Origin: Vicugna vicugna
Taxonomy: Eukaryota
Assembly (NCBI GenBank): GCA_013265495.1
Contig: MU058718.1
Location: forward strand, 1,984,001 to 2,048,000
DNA length: 64,000 nt
Direction of reading: 5' to 3'
Both the position numbers and the translations under genes were made by a program. How positions within the stretch are numbered: position 1 is the stretch's first letter; each line of letters starts with the position of its first letter. This document shows positions 14,006 to 25,605 of this stretch, one piece after another. Under the pieces are notes generated by a model. It was given only the letters and a program-made list of their open reading frames with translations. It was not told the origin of the DNA and did not search any database.

Positions 14006-14412
14006 GAATCTTTTTTTTTTCCTTTGGCAAGACTGAGTCTCTATTTACCTGACAGAAACAAAGTTATTCTTTTTTTTTAAGTAGCTTAAATGAAATATAA
14101 TTGATACACAAAAAACCCTGCATATATTTAATGTATGCAATCTGATGACCCTGGACATATGCATACACTCATTACACCACATTGGAATCTTTAAAAGGAA
14201 GAAATGTTATCAGAAATACATTATTGCAAGGTTAAAGGTGATTTCTATTCTATTCTACCCTACCAAAAACATTATCAGCTGTTGTATTATTTTGGTCAGA
14301 GGTTACCTTTAATAATAGTAAATAGGAAAAAATGTGTTCCCTAAAATATAAATAAAGGAAATATATAAAAGCTAATCAAGCAAGATGTTCACCACTGTAT
14401 TAAAATACATTT

Positions 14413-14573
14413 CTGTTTCTTCTGTACAGCACAGGGAGCTATATTCAATATCTTGTAATAACCTTTAATGAAAAAAATATGAAAACAAATAGATGTCTGT
14501 ATATGTATGACTGGGACACTGTGCTGTACATCAGAAATTGACACATTGTAACTGACTGTACTCCAATTAAACA
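14413..14573 (+). mobile_element. 5'-truncated young L1 3' terminus
   Basis: ctgtacagcacagggagctatattcaatatcttgtaataacc...cagaaattgacac; TSD aaaatacattt at 14402-14412 and 14574-14584; similar to 23560-23710. Confidence 0.85.
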
Positions 14574-15393
14574 AAAATACATTTGTTTGTTTGGAGTATA
14601 CATTCTTTTAGCAGCTGTTAAAGGGACATAGTCTACCTAAAAGTAGTGGAAATCAGTCACAAAATTTGAGGGCCTGACGTGTTGGACAACATAAGTGGAA
14701 AAAAAAAGGAAAGGAAAGTAGATGCTGGGTGAAAGATAACGGAAAGTGGAAACCCCAGCTTTGTAATGGCAGCACAAGATAGCCTCTCGTGTTAACGTCT
14801 TAAAAATAGTCAAGTGTGATCTGTTAAAGAGAAAAGGCATCGGCTGGCGTGCTCTGTGATATCTGGCACTCGGGTGTCACAAGTCAGACTCTTGTCACAG
14901 TACAAAAACACGAAGTGAGCGATAAGCAGTTCTGTAACAGACCAGGGAAAACCCTCAGCATGGAGCTGAGGGAGGAGGGTGTGGCCTCAGCAGTACTTTC
15001 TATGGGACTAACACCCAGCAACGGTCAAGTCTTATGCGCTCCAATTAATTAAAAGCACTAATGAAATTTTGAATGTGATTTAGGTACCTCTTTCCCCTTG
15101 TGAATAAAAGGTGCCTGAAAGATAACCGAACCAAATCGTAAAACTACTTTTCTCTACTGTGTAGTAGAGATGACTTGGGTTAGAACTTGGCGCTTACAGG
15201 ACAAAATGTCAATTTTTAATAATTTTAAAAACATCCTGATTCTTGAAACATATGAATGAAACTATTAAAATATCCAGTACTCCCCAAAGGTATGCCAGCA
15301 TCAACAATATTGCCCACATTCTGAATATGTTATTTAAATATGTGCAATCAACTCAAATTAGAATCATGAAATCATGCCAGATCTCCAAGAGGG

Positions 15394-15425
15394 GTGTGTG
15401 TGTGTGTGCGCGCGCGCGTGTGTGT
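15394..15425. repeat. (GT)n(GC)n(GT)n compound microsatellite
   Basis: gtgtgtgtgtgtgtgcgcgcgcgcgtgtgtgt. Confidence 0.95.
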
Positions 15426-16259
15426 CGGAGGTGAGGGTCACAGGGAGATTAGAAGCCCCTTTCCTCTAGTTAGATGTTCTCCAGCACTGCAGTCTTTCCA
15501 TTTTTCCCTAAAAGAAGGACTGGACAGACACTACCGAAAGGAAATGTTGCCAGGCCTGGAGAAACATGTGCTACTGCTTTAAAATAAACACGAAAGGGCC
15601 GGCCTTGGTTCTGCACGTCTCTGGGTTACTCATGCTCACTTGCACAGCCCCTCCCCGGCACAGCTGTGGAACAGGCAAAATTTATCTTTAGATTCTGCTA
15701 CTTCCCCGTCTGGGCCACTGGCCTCTCTTCTGGGTCCATCCAAGATGCTCAGTGCCTCAGGCTGTCCGGGGGACCACCACACTCGGGCCTGCCCTCCTTG
15801 AAATGTGGCCTTCACTTCAACCCTCTAATAAAGTTAGAGCTAAAATTTCCTTCTTCTCAGCTAATCAACTGGCAGGAAAGTAATGCTGCGAATGAATTCA
15901 CATCGGCAAGTAAGTGACCAATATTGTTTACTCTCCCCATGTGTACTGCCACCCTGGAAGTTTGTTAGGCTAAAGGAATGTGCTTCTTAGGAGGAAAGCT
16001 GAATCTGTGGGAAACCCAACAGAGAAAATCTGGAGCAGTCTGGGTTCCCCAAACCACCCAAGTGCCATCACAATGGCAGAGTTTTGTCATCCCTAATTAA
16101 GGTAAAGTCACTACCCCCACTGACTCTCGAGCAAAGGGCTGGTGAAAACCTGTGACAGATGTACAGATTTTAAAACCTATTGAAAAGTGAAATGTAAACC
16201 TAAAAGATGAGATATAGTTCTAACAGCTCCCTCTTCTCAACGTAAAATAAAACTGAATG

Positions 16260-17540
16260 ATCAACAAAGGTGCCAAGACCATTTATGGGCAAAGGACAGT
16301 CTTTTCAACAAATGGAGCTTGGAAACTGAATAACCACCTGCAAAAGAATGAACACGGACACATACCTTACACCATACATAAAAATTAACTCAAAATGGAT
16401 CAAAGACCTAAATGTGAGAGCTAAAACTATAAAACTCTGTGAAGAAAACATAGGAGAAAAGCTTCATGATGCTGGATTTGGCAACAAATTCTTAGACATG
16501 ACACCAAAACACAGACAACAGAAGAAAAATACATAAATTGGACTCTGTCAAAATTCAAAACTTCCCTGCATCAAAGGACCCTATTAACAGAGTGAAAAGG
16601 CAACCTACAGAATGGGAGAAGATATTTGCAAATCACATATCTGATAAGAGGTGAATATCCAGGATCTATAAAGAACTCCTACAACTCAACAACAAAAAAC
16701 AGACAACCCAATTTAAAAATGGGCAAAAGAACAGACATTTCTCCAAAGAATATACAGATGTCCATAGTCACATGAAGAGATGATCAACACCATTAATCAT
16801 GAGGGAAATGCACATCAAAACCACAGTGAGGCACCACTTGATACCCATCAGGAAGGTGACTATAAAAGAAAATAGAAGTGTTAGCAAGGAAGGATGGGGA
16901 GAATCTGGAATGCTCATGCGTTGCTGGTAGGAACGTAAAATGGTATGGCCACTATGGAAGACGTATGATGGTCCCTCAAAAAATTAAAAATCAAATTACC
17001 AAATGATCTAGTATCTATCCAAGAGAACTGAAAGCAGAGACTCAGATATTTGTACACACATGTTCATAGCAGCATTACTCACAATAGCCAAAAAGTGCAA
17101 GCAACCCAAGCGTACATTGACAGATGAATCAATCAATAAAATATGATATATACATACAGTGGAATATTATTTAGCCTTGAAGAGTAAAGAAATTCTAACA
17201 CATGCTACATACAACATGGAGGAAACTTGAAGACACTATGCTAAGTGAAATAAGAAATAAGCGAGTCACAAAAGCACCAATATTGTATGACTCTACTTAC
17301 ATGAGGTACAACGACAGAAATTCACAGACACAGAAAGGAGAACGACGTTTGCCCAGGACCAAGGGAGGGAGGGGATGAGGAGTTAAGTGTTTAATAGGTA
17401 CAGAATTTCTGTTTGGGACAATGGAAACCTGAAAAAGGATGTGATGAATATGAATATACTTTAATGCCACTGAATTGTACATTCAAAAGGGGTTAGAATG
17501 TTAAATTTTATTCTATGTATATTTTACCCCAATTTTTAAA
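16260..17540 (+). mobile_element. L1 ORF2 C-terminus and 3' UTR (L1MA/MB-like)
   Basis: ORF 16348-16536 MNTDTYLTPYIKINSKWIKDLNVRAKTIKL is typical L1 ORF2; ends tatattttaccccaatttttaaaaa. Confidence 0.9.
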
Positions 17541-17983
17541 AAGCTGAATAAGCTTTACTTGACAAGGTCAAGTTTACAATCTAAAAATGTATTTCCAATA
17601 TTCTTCATACATAAAACTAATAAAAGGTGACCTGATTCTTCCATCTTGATTCTGGAACACAGGACAATAAGAACATCCAAGTCCCCCTGGATCCAGTTTA
17701 ACAGCAAACTGTTTGGCTGGACTGGGTGGGGGTGGGGCACAGTGGGCAGAAGCCGGGAAGCTCTGGCTGGGCCCGGAGAGCAACCAGCCCGACCGCTGGC
17801 TCTGCCTGCCCCTACAGCACTCGTGGCCACCCTTCAGAAGAGAAGTCCTGGGCCTGGCAGAGCAGCCCTGCATGTATTACCTGCCAAGCAGACGCCTGAG
17901 AAGGGCCTCTCCCCATCTCAGATTAACTGTACCAGGACCCCCAGTCCCCTCTCTGCGGGGTGGAAAACCAGATAGAGAACACA

Positions 17984-18345
17984 TGACAAAGACTCTCTCC
18001 TTGACCAAACTTGAGCCAGATTCCTCTCTACGAGGCCGCCACCTTGGCCATCATCCTTGTGGAGATCAGGTTCCTCACCCCCAGCCTGTGACGTGGATGT
18101 CCTTGACCTGCCTTCAGCAAGAATCCTGTTAAGTCGGTTTAGCAGGTCTCCCTACCCTCATGTCTCCTCCCAGTAACCTTCCATCCACTGGCCCCTCACT
18201 CTGCTCGCTGGCTGCTGTCCCAGGTTGTCTACTGAACTGGAGTTGCGCCCCATCTCTCTCCCCCACTGCAATGCTCTTACTACAACGGTACTGAAAGTTT
18301 TCCTTATTGTTTTAACAAGTGTCAGAATAATTTTTTTCTTTAACA
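17984..18345 (+). mobile_element. ERV1-class solo LTR (MER39/MER93-like)
   Basis: TG...CA termini (tgacaaagactctctccttgaccaaact ... tgtcagaataatttttttctttaaca), imperfect 4-bp TSD caca/cata. Confidence 0.7.
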
Positions 18346-18701
18346 CATATCAGCAGGAACCTTGACAGTTTAAAAAAATTCCAGCATTTCAAAAGCAACA
18401 ATCCCGTGTTGCAGTGGAGGTGTCACAGTTATTGGCCAAGTAACCAATCATTTATCCAATCATCTCATTGTGTTCTGGTAAATAAAACCCAACAGTGGTT
18501 GAGTCCATAGGTTCACAACCTTCGAAAAGTGAGAAAATCTAATGTTTGCATCTGAGCTCTCTTGGGAGAATGGAAAAGAAATGATTCCTAGTGATTGAAA
18601 AAGCAGTGCCTAAGGCTTGAAATACAGGTGCTTCACACCCCAGACCCACTGATGGTCTCCAGCAGTCTCTCCTCCAGATCCAGCACACTTCTACTCCCCC
18701 A

Positions 18702-18743
18702 ACACACACACACACACACACACTCACTCACTCACTCACTCAC
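18702..18743. repeat. (CA)n(CACT)n compound microsatellite
   Basis: acacacacacacacacacacactcactcactcactcactcac. Confidence 0.95.
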
Positions 18744-20669
18744 CCCACCCTACTCCGGAAGATCCTCAGACACATTTCCTCAGGGCCGGGCACGAGGCAG
18801 AGTTGGCAGCCTTGTCCGAGAGCTGCTGACACCGGAGGGGATGTGCGATGCTGGTGCCACAGGCCGTCTGCTGGGAGGAGAACACGCCCAGGATGCTGGA
18901 GCGGTCTGTCTGCATGACTCATGGCAGGAGCTGTCTCCCGGCAGGGGAAGCGGGGAACAGCCTCCTTGGACTCCATTTAGGTGCATTATGGGGTGCAAAA
19001 TCATGTGAAGAAGCTGGAAGGCAGAGGCCAGAACTTATCCCCGGGCCCAGGACTGCTTCTGCAAGGAGCTGGTACAGATCCATCCAGAGGGAACAATTTA
19101 TTCCCTTGACACCACGAGAAAGAAGTGTCTGTCCCCTGTCAAGGTGTCCCAGGGAAGCATGGGTGGCTCCAGGGACAGAAAATAACTACCTTGCATTCTC
19201 CTAACACCTAACCTCCTGTGTGGTAAATAATGGAGCATGTTTTAGAAACGCACCTGGAAACCCTTGTCTCATCAGGATGCTTTACACTTAGTGCAGGCAG
19301 GCAGGTCTTCCTTCACCCCGAGGCCCCTGGGGTTTCCAGAGTGAGGGGTGCTGACTGAATTGGGTGAATGAGCCATTTGTCTTAATAAACTTTATTCCTA
19401 ACTTCCCAAACTTGGTTATAGGCCCACAATTAGCTGGTCTCTAAATGAGAATGGTATTTCATTTTTTTAAATGGTAGTTATTTTATGCATCAAATTTTAT
19501 AAGTAAAACAAACAAAAAAAAGCTTTGTTTTCAGAAAAGTAATGTCTCCTATGGTGGGGAGGACGTCTGACTGGTAATCAGCCAACTGCTAACCACCTAA
19601 CAACCCTCCCCACTCCACGCCCCATTAAATTCCAACTTAACATTTTTTTCTGTTAAAAAAACTATTTTCATTGGTCACAAGAATATATCTTTAAATTCTC
19701 TACTTAAAAAAAAAAACCTAATAATACAGAAGTTTCCTAGATTGTATTTCCACTTTGCTATCCAATGACATTTTTCTAAAGGATGATATGAACCATCTCT
19801 ATACTCATCTGCAGCAAAAACCATGTCAAGACGGCGAGTCAGCGAAAACAGCGAAAGTGAAGATGTTATATGATGCATTATATGACTTCTATTTTTGGAT
19901 CAGTCCATGACAGTGATTTTAACTAGACTATATGACATTGCATAAAGATGTATTTCAAAACCAAGAACTCTTTTTCTTAGTTATCTATATTACATCATGT
20001 GGTTCTTTGTTCCCAATTAGCTATTTAATGTTATCTGTCTTTATGCATCTAATGGATTTTTTCCCTATCAAATAATATTTTCAGATGAATTGTAATTTAA
20101 TCAAATGTTCTCCTCTGTCAAACAAAAAAGAAAGAAAGAAGCCAGAGCTTGTTATGGGCTAAATTTAGCTTAATTATATTAGGGTTTTTTTTTTTTATAA
20201 AATATATTAAATTAAGCTGATGGGAACATATTTTGGAAAAGCCTATTCCCAGTAACTTCGATGTCTTCTCATTCTTTTTCTTTCTTAAACTCAAGCTCTT
20301 AGTTTTTTCTTACGAATTAATTAACTGAAAACCAGATCTGGTTCTAATTTCCAAGCCCAGCTCTAATGCAGAATAAGCTTTTAGTTATAGAACTTGAGAC
20401 ACAAAGTCTGTCTTGCCCACTGACTGTGCACAGGGCGGAGGAAAACCTAGATTACGAAAGTGTATCAGAGAGTGACAGGACCATCGGGTGGCTGAGCCAG
20501 ACATTGCTAGGGTATGTGTTTCACATCCAGAATTCTGTGTGATCCTAGAGGAGTGCTAGGAATAAAATTACATCTCATATTCATTTATCTCTGACTCTGA
20601 GTTTTGTTAAAACTACCATTAGCTGAACAACCAATTTCCCTGGAAATTCTGCATCAAAAGTGATGGCTC

Positions 20670-21105
20670 CTATGTCATACAAGACAAAGACAGGCTGTCC
20701 AAATGTTCCAGATTAGAAGGACATGATAACCGGACCCTACAGTAGAGAAAAAAGTGCTTTAAAGGACAACATTAGACCAATGACTACAACTGGAATACAG
20801 ATGGTGGAATAGATGTATTATATCAGTAATAAATCTACCCTAGTTGATAACTGTACTAGATCAGTAAGAGAGTATCCTTGTTGTTAGGAAATACACACTG
20901 AAGCATTTAGAAGTAAAGAGTTAGGGTGGATGTAACTGACTCTCAAATGTGTGTGTGTGTGTGTGTAGGGAGAAAGACAGTGCATGTACCCATACGTGGG
21001 TACACTAGATGAAGCCGGGTAGAGGATATATGAGTTTTCTTTGTACTATTCTTAAAATATTTCTGTAAATTTGAAATTATTTCCAAGTCAAAAGTTAAAA
21101 AAAAT
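20670..21105 (+). mobile_element. Old L1 3' end (L1MC4/5-like) containing a (TG)n tract
   Basis: aggaaatacacactgaagcatttagaagtaaag...ctttgtactattctt...tgtaaatttgaaattatttcc. Confidence 0.7.
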
Positions 21106-21310
21106 TAATGAGGCATGAGTTTAGTATGGTTTGCAGATAGGGACAATGTTGACTGGCTAAGTTTTTTAAGGCTCCTTCAAGATTTATCACTTTTGCAAAT
21201 TGATAACCAGGTGGTACTTCCTTCAGAGGATTTATATTAACTATAAAAATGGTATAGCCCACTGAAATCTATTATAATCACATCTGTGTTTAGTGCAGAG
21301 TTTTCATACT

Positions 21311-21718
21311 TGTATTAGTCAGGGTTCTCCAGAGAAACAAAGCAGGAGAGAATGAGATCTTAAGGCACTGGCTCGTGTGACCGCAGTGGCTGAATCTGCA
21401 CTTCAGGGGGAGCAGGAGCTGTGCCTGGAGTGGGATCGCAGGGCAGCAGCCTGGAAACTCAGCTTCTAGGCTGCAGCCTTGAGGAGAGTGCCTTCTCTTT
21501 CAGGGAGCTTCCGCCTTTCCCTTAAGGCCTTCACCTCACTAGAAGAGGCCCACTCCCGTTCTGGACAGTAATCTGCTGTACGGAGACTAATGTCGGCTGA
21601 CTCCAGAATTAATCACGTGTAAAAAACTCCCCTAAAGCAATATCTTGACTGGGGTTTGACTGAAAACTGGCCACCACAGCCTAGCCTAGCTAGCTGACAC
21701 ACAGAATTAACCAGCACA
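21311..21718 (-). mobile_element. MLT2 (ERVL) solo LTR
   Basis: Termini tgtattagtcagggttctccagagaaaca and tgacacacagaattaaccagcaca match MLT2 ends in reverse. Confidence 0.85.
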
Positions 21719-21812
21719 GTTCTGGAAGCAGTGTTCAGTGATCAGCACTGTTTCAGCCACTGTGGGGAAATGTGATAAAGCCTAGAGTGGCCCCTGTCTC
21801 TGGGAAGAGTAT

Positions 21813-21992
21813 GGGGGGGGGTGGAGGGGTGGATATAGCTCAGCGGCGGAGTGGTTAGGGTTAGTGGTTAGTGGTAAGTGGTACTGGGTTAGTGGTTAGT
21901 GGTACTGAGTTCAATCCCCAGTACCCTCCTTTAAAATAAATGATCAAATCTAATCATCTCCCTGCCCCAAAAATAAATAAATAAATGAAAAC
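21813..21992 (+). mobile_element. tRNA-Ala-derived SINE with an internal GTGGTTA array
   Basis: ggatatagctcagcggcggag...gagttcaatccccagtacc plus (AAAT)n tail; TSD core aagagta at 21805-21811 and 21993-21999. Confidence 0.85.
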
Positions 21993-22900
21993 AAGAGTAC
22001 GTTGTAGAGACAAACCTATACTAAGGACTCGGGAAATACCCATAGAGTAATTTAAAATGACAGCATGAACGCCTCAATGCCAACGTACGGAGCACAGGGA
22101 GTCTAAGCAGGTGAGGTGGTTTTAGTTGGGGGATGGGGTGGGAGGTTCTCTTCCCAGTCTTTTTACTTTTGGGGAGTTTTTAAACAAAGGAACAAAAACT
22201 TACTCAGAGCCCTGAGTAAGCAGCGCTCTCTTAGAGGGTTCATGCCCTACTAAGTGAGCATCCCCAGCTAATAAATGCAGCGGATTTACCATCGAGCTTT
22301 CATACTCTGCAGGGCTGCAGGACTGAAAGCCTGGTTGACAGTTTTCTAATTGTCTTAATTATTTAAAGATGCAGGAAACTTTTGCTTGACTTTAATATGA
22401 AAGCCACAGAATTCAATTTTTTAATTCAGTATTATTTAGTCTATTAAAGTATTTGGACCTTTGAAATTATAATGGACCTATTATTTTATGACTTTGCCAT
22501 GGTTTTCTTAACAGAAAATCCAAGCATAATTTAAAAAGAAAATCTAATCACTCTAACTAATTACTAACAAGGCTTAAGGACTGGCATTATTTCATTTAAC
22601 TTAAATACAACTTTTAAAAATAATGATTCTCAGATGGACAGGAAGTTGCTATTAGAAGAGCTGGAGTTGAAAGAAGCTTTATGTCATTAAAGAAGCCCTT
22701 TTCAAAATCTCAGCTTAATAATCCATATTAACTTTCCAAATTACCTCGGAACACTCAATCATAAAATATCAGGAAAACTTTTGGAGTGTCCGCTGACTCC
22801 TTTTTCTGTTGTTATTAACACAAATAGCTCTTCCACAACAGAAAGAAAATTTTGTGTCTCTACAGGAGACATCAAACCCTCATTAAAATGTGCACCTACT

Positions 22901-23774
22901 AATTATCAGAGAAATGCAAATCAAAACTACAATGAGGTACCACCTCACACCAGTCAGAATGGCCATCATTCAAAAATCCACAAACAATAAACGCTGGAGA
23001 GGGTATAGAGAAAAGGGAATTCTCCTACACTGTTGATGGGAATGTAGTTTGGTGAAGTCATTATGAAAAACAGACTCCTTAAAAACTAAAAATAGGGTTA
23101 CCATATGATCCAGCAATCTCACTCCTGGACATATATCTGGAGGAAACTCCAACTCAAAAAGATACATGCACCCCAATGTTTGGAGCAGCACTATTTACAT
23201 TAGTCAAGACATGGAAACAACCTAAATGTCCATCAACAGATGACTGGATAAAAAAGATGTGTGTGTGTGTGTATACACACACACACACTGGAATACTACT
23301 CAGCCATAAAAAGAATAAAATAACGCCATTTGCGGCAACATGGATGGACTTGGAGATCATCATTCTAAGTGAAGTAAGCCAGAAGGAGAAAGAAAAATAC
23401 CATATGATATCACTTACATGTGGAATCTTAAAAAAAAAAACACAAATGAACTTACTAACACAGAAACAGATTCAGACATAGAGAACAAACTTATGGTTAC
23501 CAGGGGGTAAAGGGGGTGAGAAGGGATAAATTGGGAGTTTGAGATTTGCAGACAAATTTCTACTGTATAGCACAGGGGACTATACTCAATCTCTCGTAGT
23601 AACCTATCATGGAAAAGACTATGAAAAGGAATGTATGTATGTACATGTATGCCAAACATTATTCTGTACACCAGAAATTGACACAATGTAAACTGACTAT
23701 ACTTTCATTTAAAATATTTAATTTAATTTTAAAAAAGAAAAGAAAGGGAAAAGAGACCTTCAAAATGAAAAAAA
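22901..23774 (+). mobile_element. Young lineage-specific L1, 5'-truncated (ORF2 end and 3' UTR)
   Basis: ORF 23176-23481 [28 protein letters not shown] is the L1 ORF2 C-terminus. TSD aaaatgtgcacctact (22885-22900) / aaaatctgcagctact (23775-23790) at a TT/AAAA site. Confidence 0.93.
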
Positions 23775-24229
23775 AAAATCTGCAGCTACTTAAAAAGTCA
23801 ATGGCCTCATGGAGACGTCTCCTCATATCCCTTTGCATGTGCAAAGGGAGGAAAGCCTTGCCCTACCCAGGGCCTTGCACGTATTACTGACAAGAATTTA
23901 GTCATCCAACAATCATTTATTATATGCCCACCAGATGCTCAACTTTACATGTTTGTTGAACTGCAAAGAGTTAAGTAAGTAGGTCCACCAAGGCCAGGTG
24001 ACCAAAGGAAGCTCCCCAGGGAGCCTGCGGGGCGGCCTCAGGGGCAGCAGGAAAGATCCCACAAGGGACGCTCCTTCAAGGGGCAGGCCTAGAAGTCACA
24101 GCGGCCTGGTTTCACTGACTCAGAAAGTGGCATCTGTCAGATACTGAGGCTGCATTTGACACTTAATAACACTCTCTTTCTCAAAAAAACAAAACAAAAC
24201 AAAAAAACACTCTCTTTCTCAAAACTCTC

Positions 24230-24905
24230 CTTAGGTTTTCTGATGCCATTTCCGCTGGTTCTCCTTTCCCTGGCTCCTCTCTCTGCCTACCCCGTCCAGG
24301 TTAGGCCATGCCTCCTTGGAGAGACTCTCATCCTCTCACTCCGCACATTCTCCCAGGGTGCAGTCATCCACCTGCCACTTCAGCATCCTCGACAGGCGGC
24401 TGATGACTCCTCAGTCCCCACTTCAGCTCAGACCTGTCTCCTGCAACGCCAGTCCAGGGGCACTGGGATCCCACCTCTCACGTATCTCTTAGGTGTCTCA
24501 AAGACGTCTCCAATGCACCATGTCCAAGGCAGACTCATCAGGACCCTCCCCTGCTCTTCTACCAGATGCCAACCTCCCCCTCCCCAACCACCCACCCAGC
24601 CACCACGGCAGCAGATCTACCTGGTGATGACTCCAGCCCGCTCACAGCCCAGCACCACAGCCTATTCAGCCACATAAAGAGTCCGTCAAGTCTACCCACT
24701 AAGTACTTCTTGAACCTGCCTCATCTTTTCTAACCCATGCCTTAGTTCAGGACCTCACCATTCCCCGTCTGGCTTACTTCCACTGCCTGACACTGTTCTC
24801 CCGAATTCTGGTTACAGCCCCTCACAATCAAGCTTCTGCAACAAAGGATCCTTCTATCAGGCAGCTGCTTGCAGTGGCTCCCTGTCACAATCAAGGTTAA
24901 GTCCT
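24230..24905 (+). mobile_element. L2 fragment
   Basis: cttaggtgtctc...catgtccaaggcagactcatc...cagtggctccctgtcac, eroded L2 ORF/3' region. Confidence 0.6.
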
Positions 24906-25144
24906 TAAAAAAACAGAGGGAGGGAAAGAGGGAGAGTGTGCATGCATGCGTGCACATGTGTGTGTCTAAGTGCACCACAGGCTTGGGGTCTCCAGAGACA
25001 GGCCCCACCTACTTTACAAGGCAGACTAGTACAGCTGAGGCAAATAGAGCCTGGAGTTTGAAGGCCTGATTTCAAACTTCAAATTCATAATTTATGAGTT
25101 CTGTGACCCTGGAAAAGTTTCTTAATATGTTGACGCTTCAGTGT

Positions 25145-25605
25145 CTATATTAGTTACTTTGTGCTGTGTAACAAATGACCTCAAAACTCAGTAGCTTAAA
25201 ACAACCAATCTCAGAGCGTTTTTGCGGGGGTGGAGTTAGGACTTTGGGATCACCTGAGCTAGGTGGTTTTGGCTCAGAATTTCTCATAAGGTTGCGGTCA
25301 AGGTTGGGGCTGCAGGCATTTGATGGCGTGAATGATGGCAGGAGGCTCCTAGCAGGAGGGCTCCTCCCTGCCTCAGGCTGTTTACGTGTCCTCATCATAT
25401 GGCAGCTGGCTGCCCCCAGATGGAATGGGGCCTTGAGAGAACGCAAGGAGGCCATCATGCCTCTTATGACCTAGTCTCAGAAGTCACCAATCGTCACTTC
25501 TGCTCTAACAGATGGACTAAAGTCATTGACCAGCCCACACTCAAGGGGAGAGGAATTAGGGCCTACTTAAAGGGGAGAATTGGTGGACATGTCTTACTGC
25601 CACCA
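25145..25605 (-). mobile_element. MLT1 (MaLR) LTR inserted into a MIR
   Basis: tattagttactttgtgctgtgtaacaaatgacctcaaaactcagtagcttaaaacaa terminus; MIR halves at ~25030-25140 and ~25610-25740. Confidence 0.8.

Noticed and set aside
19781..19910. Protein-like frame DDMNHLYTHLQQKPCQDGESAKTAKVKMLYDALYDFYFWISP*
   Set aside because: Short, weak splice context and unrecognised; likely random.
24156..24677. 173-aa + strand ORF
   Set aside because: TTG start; overlaps an L2 relic and a microsatellite; no domain.
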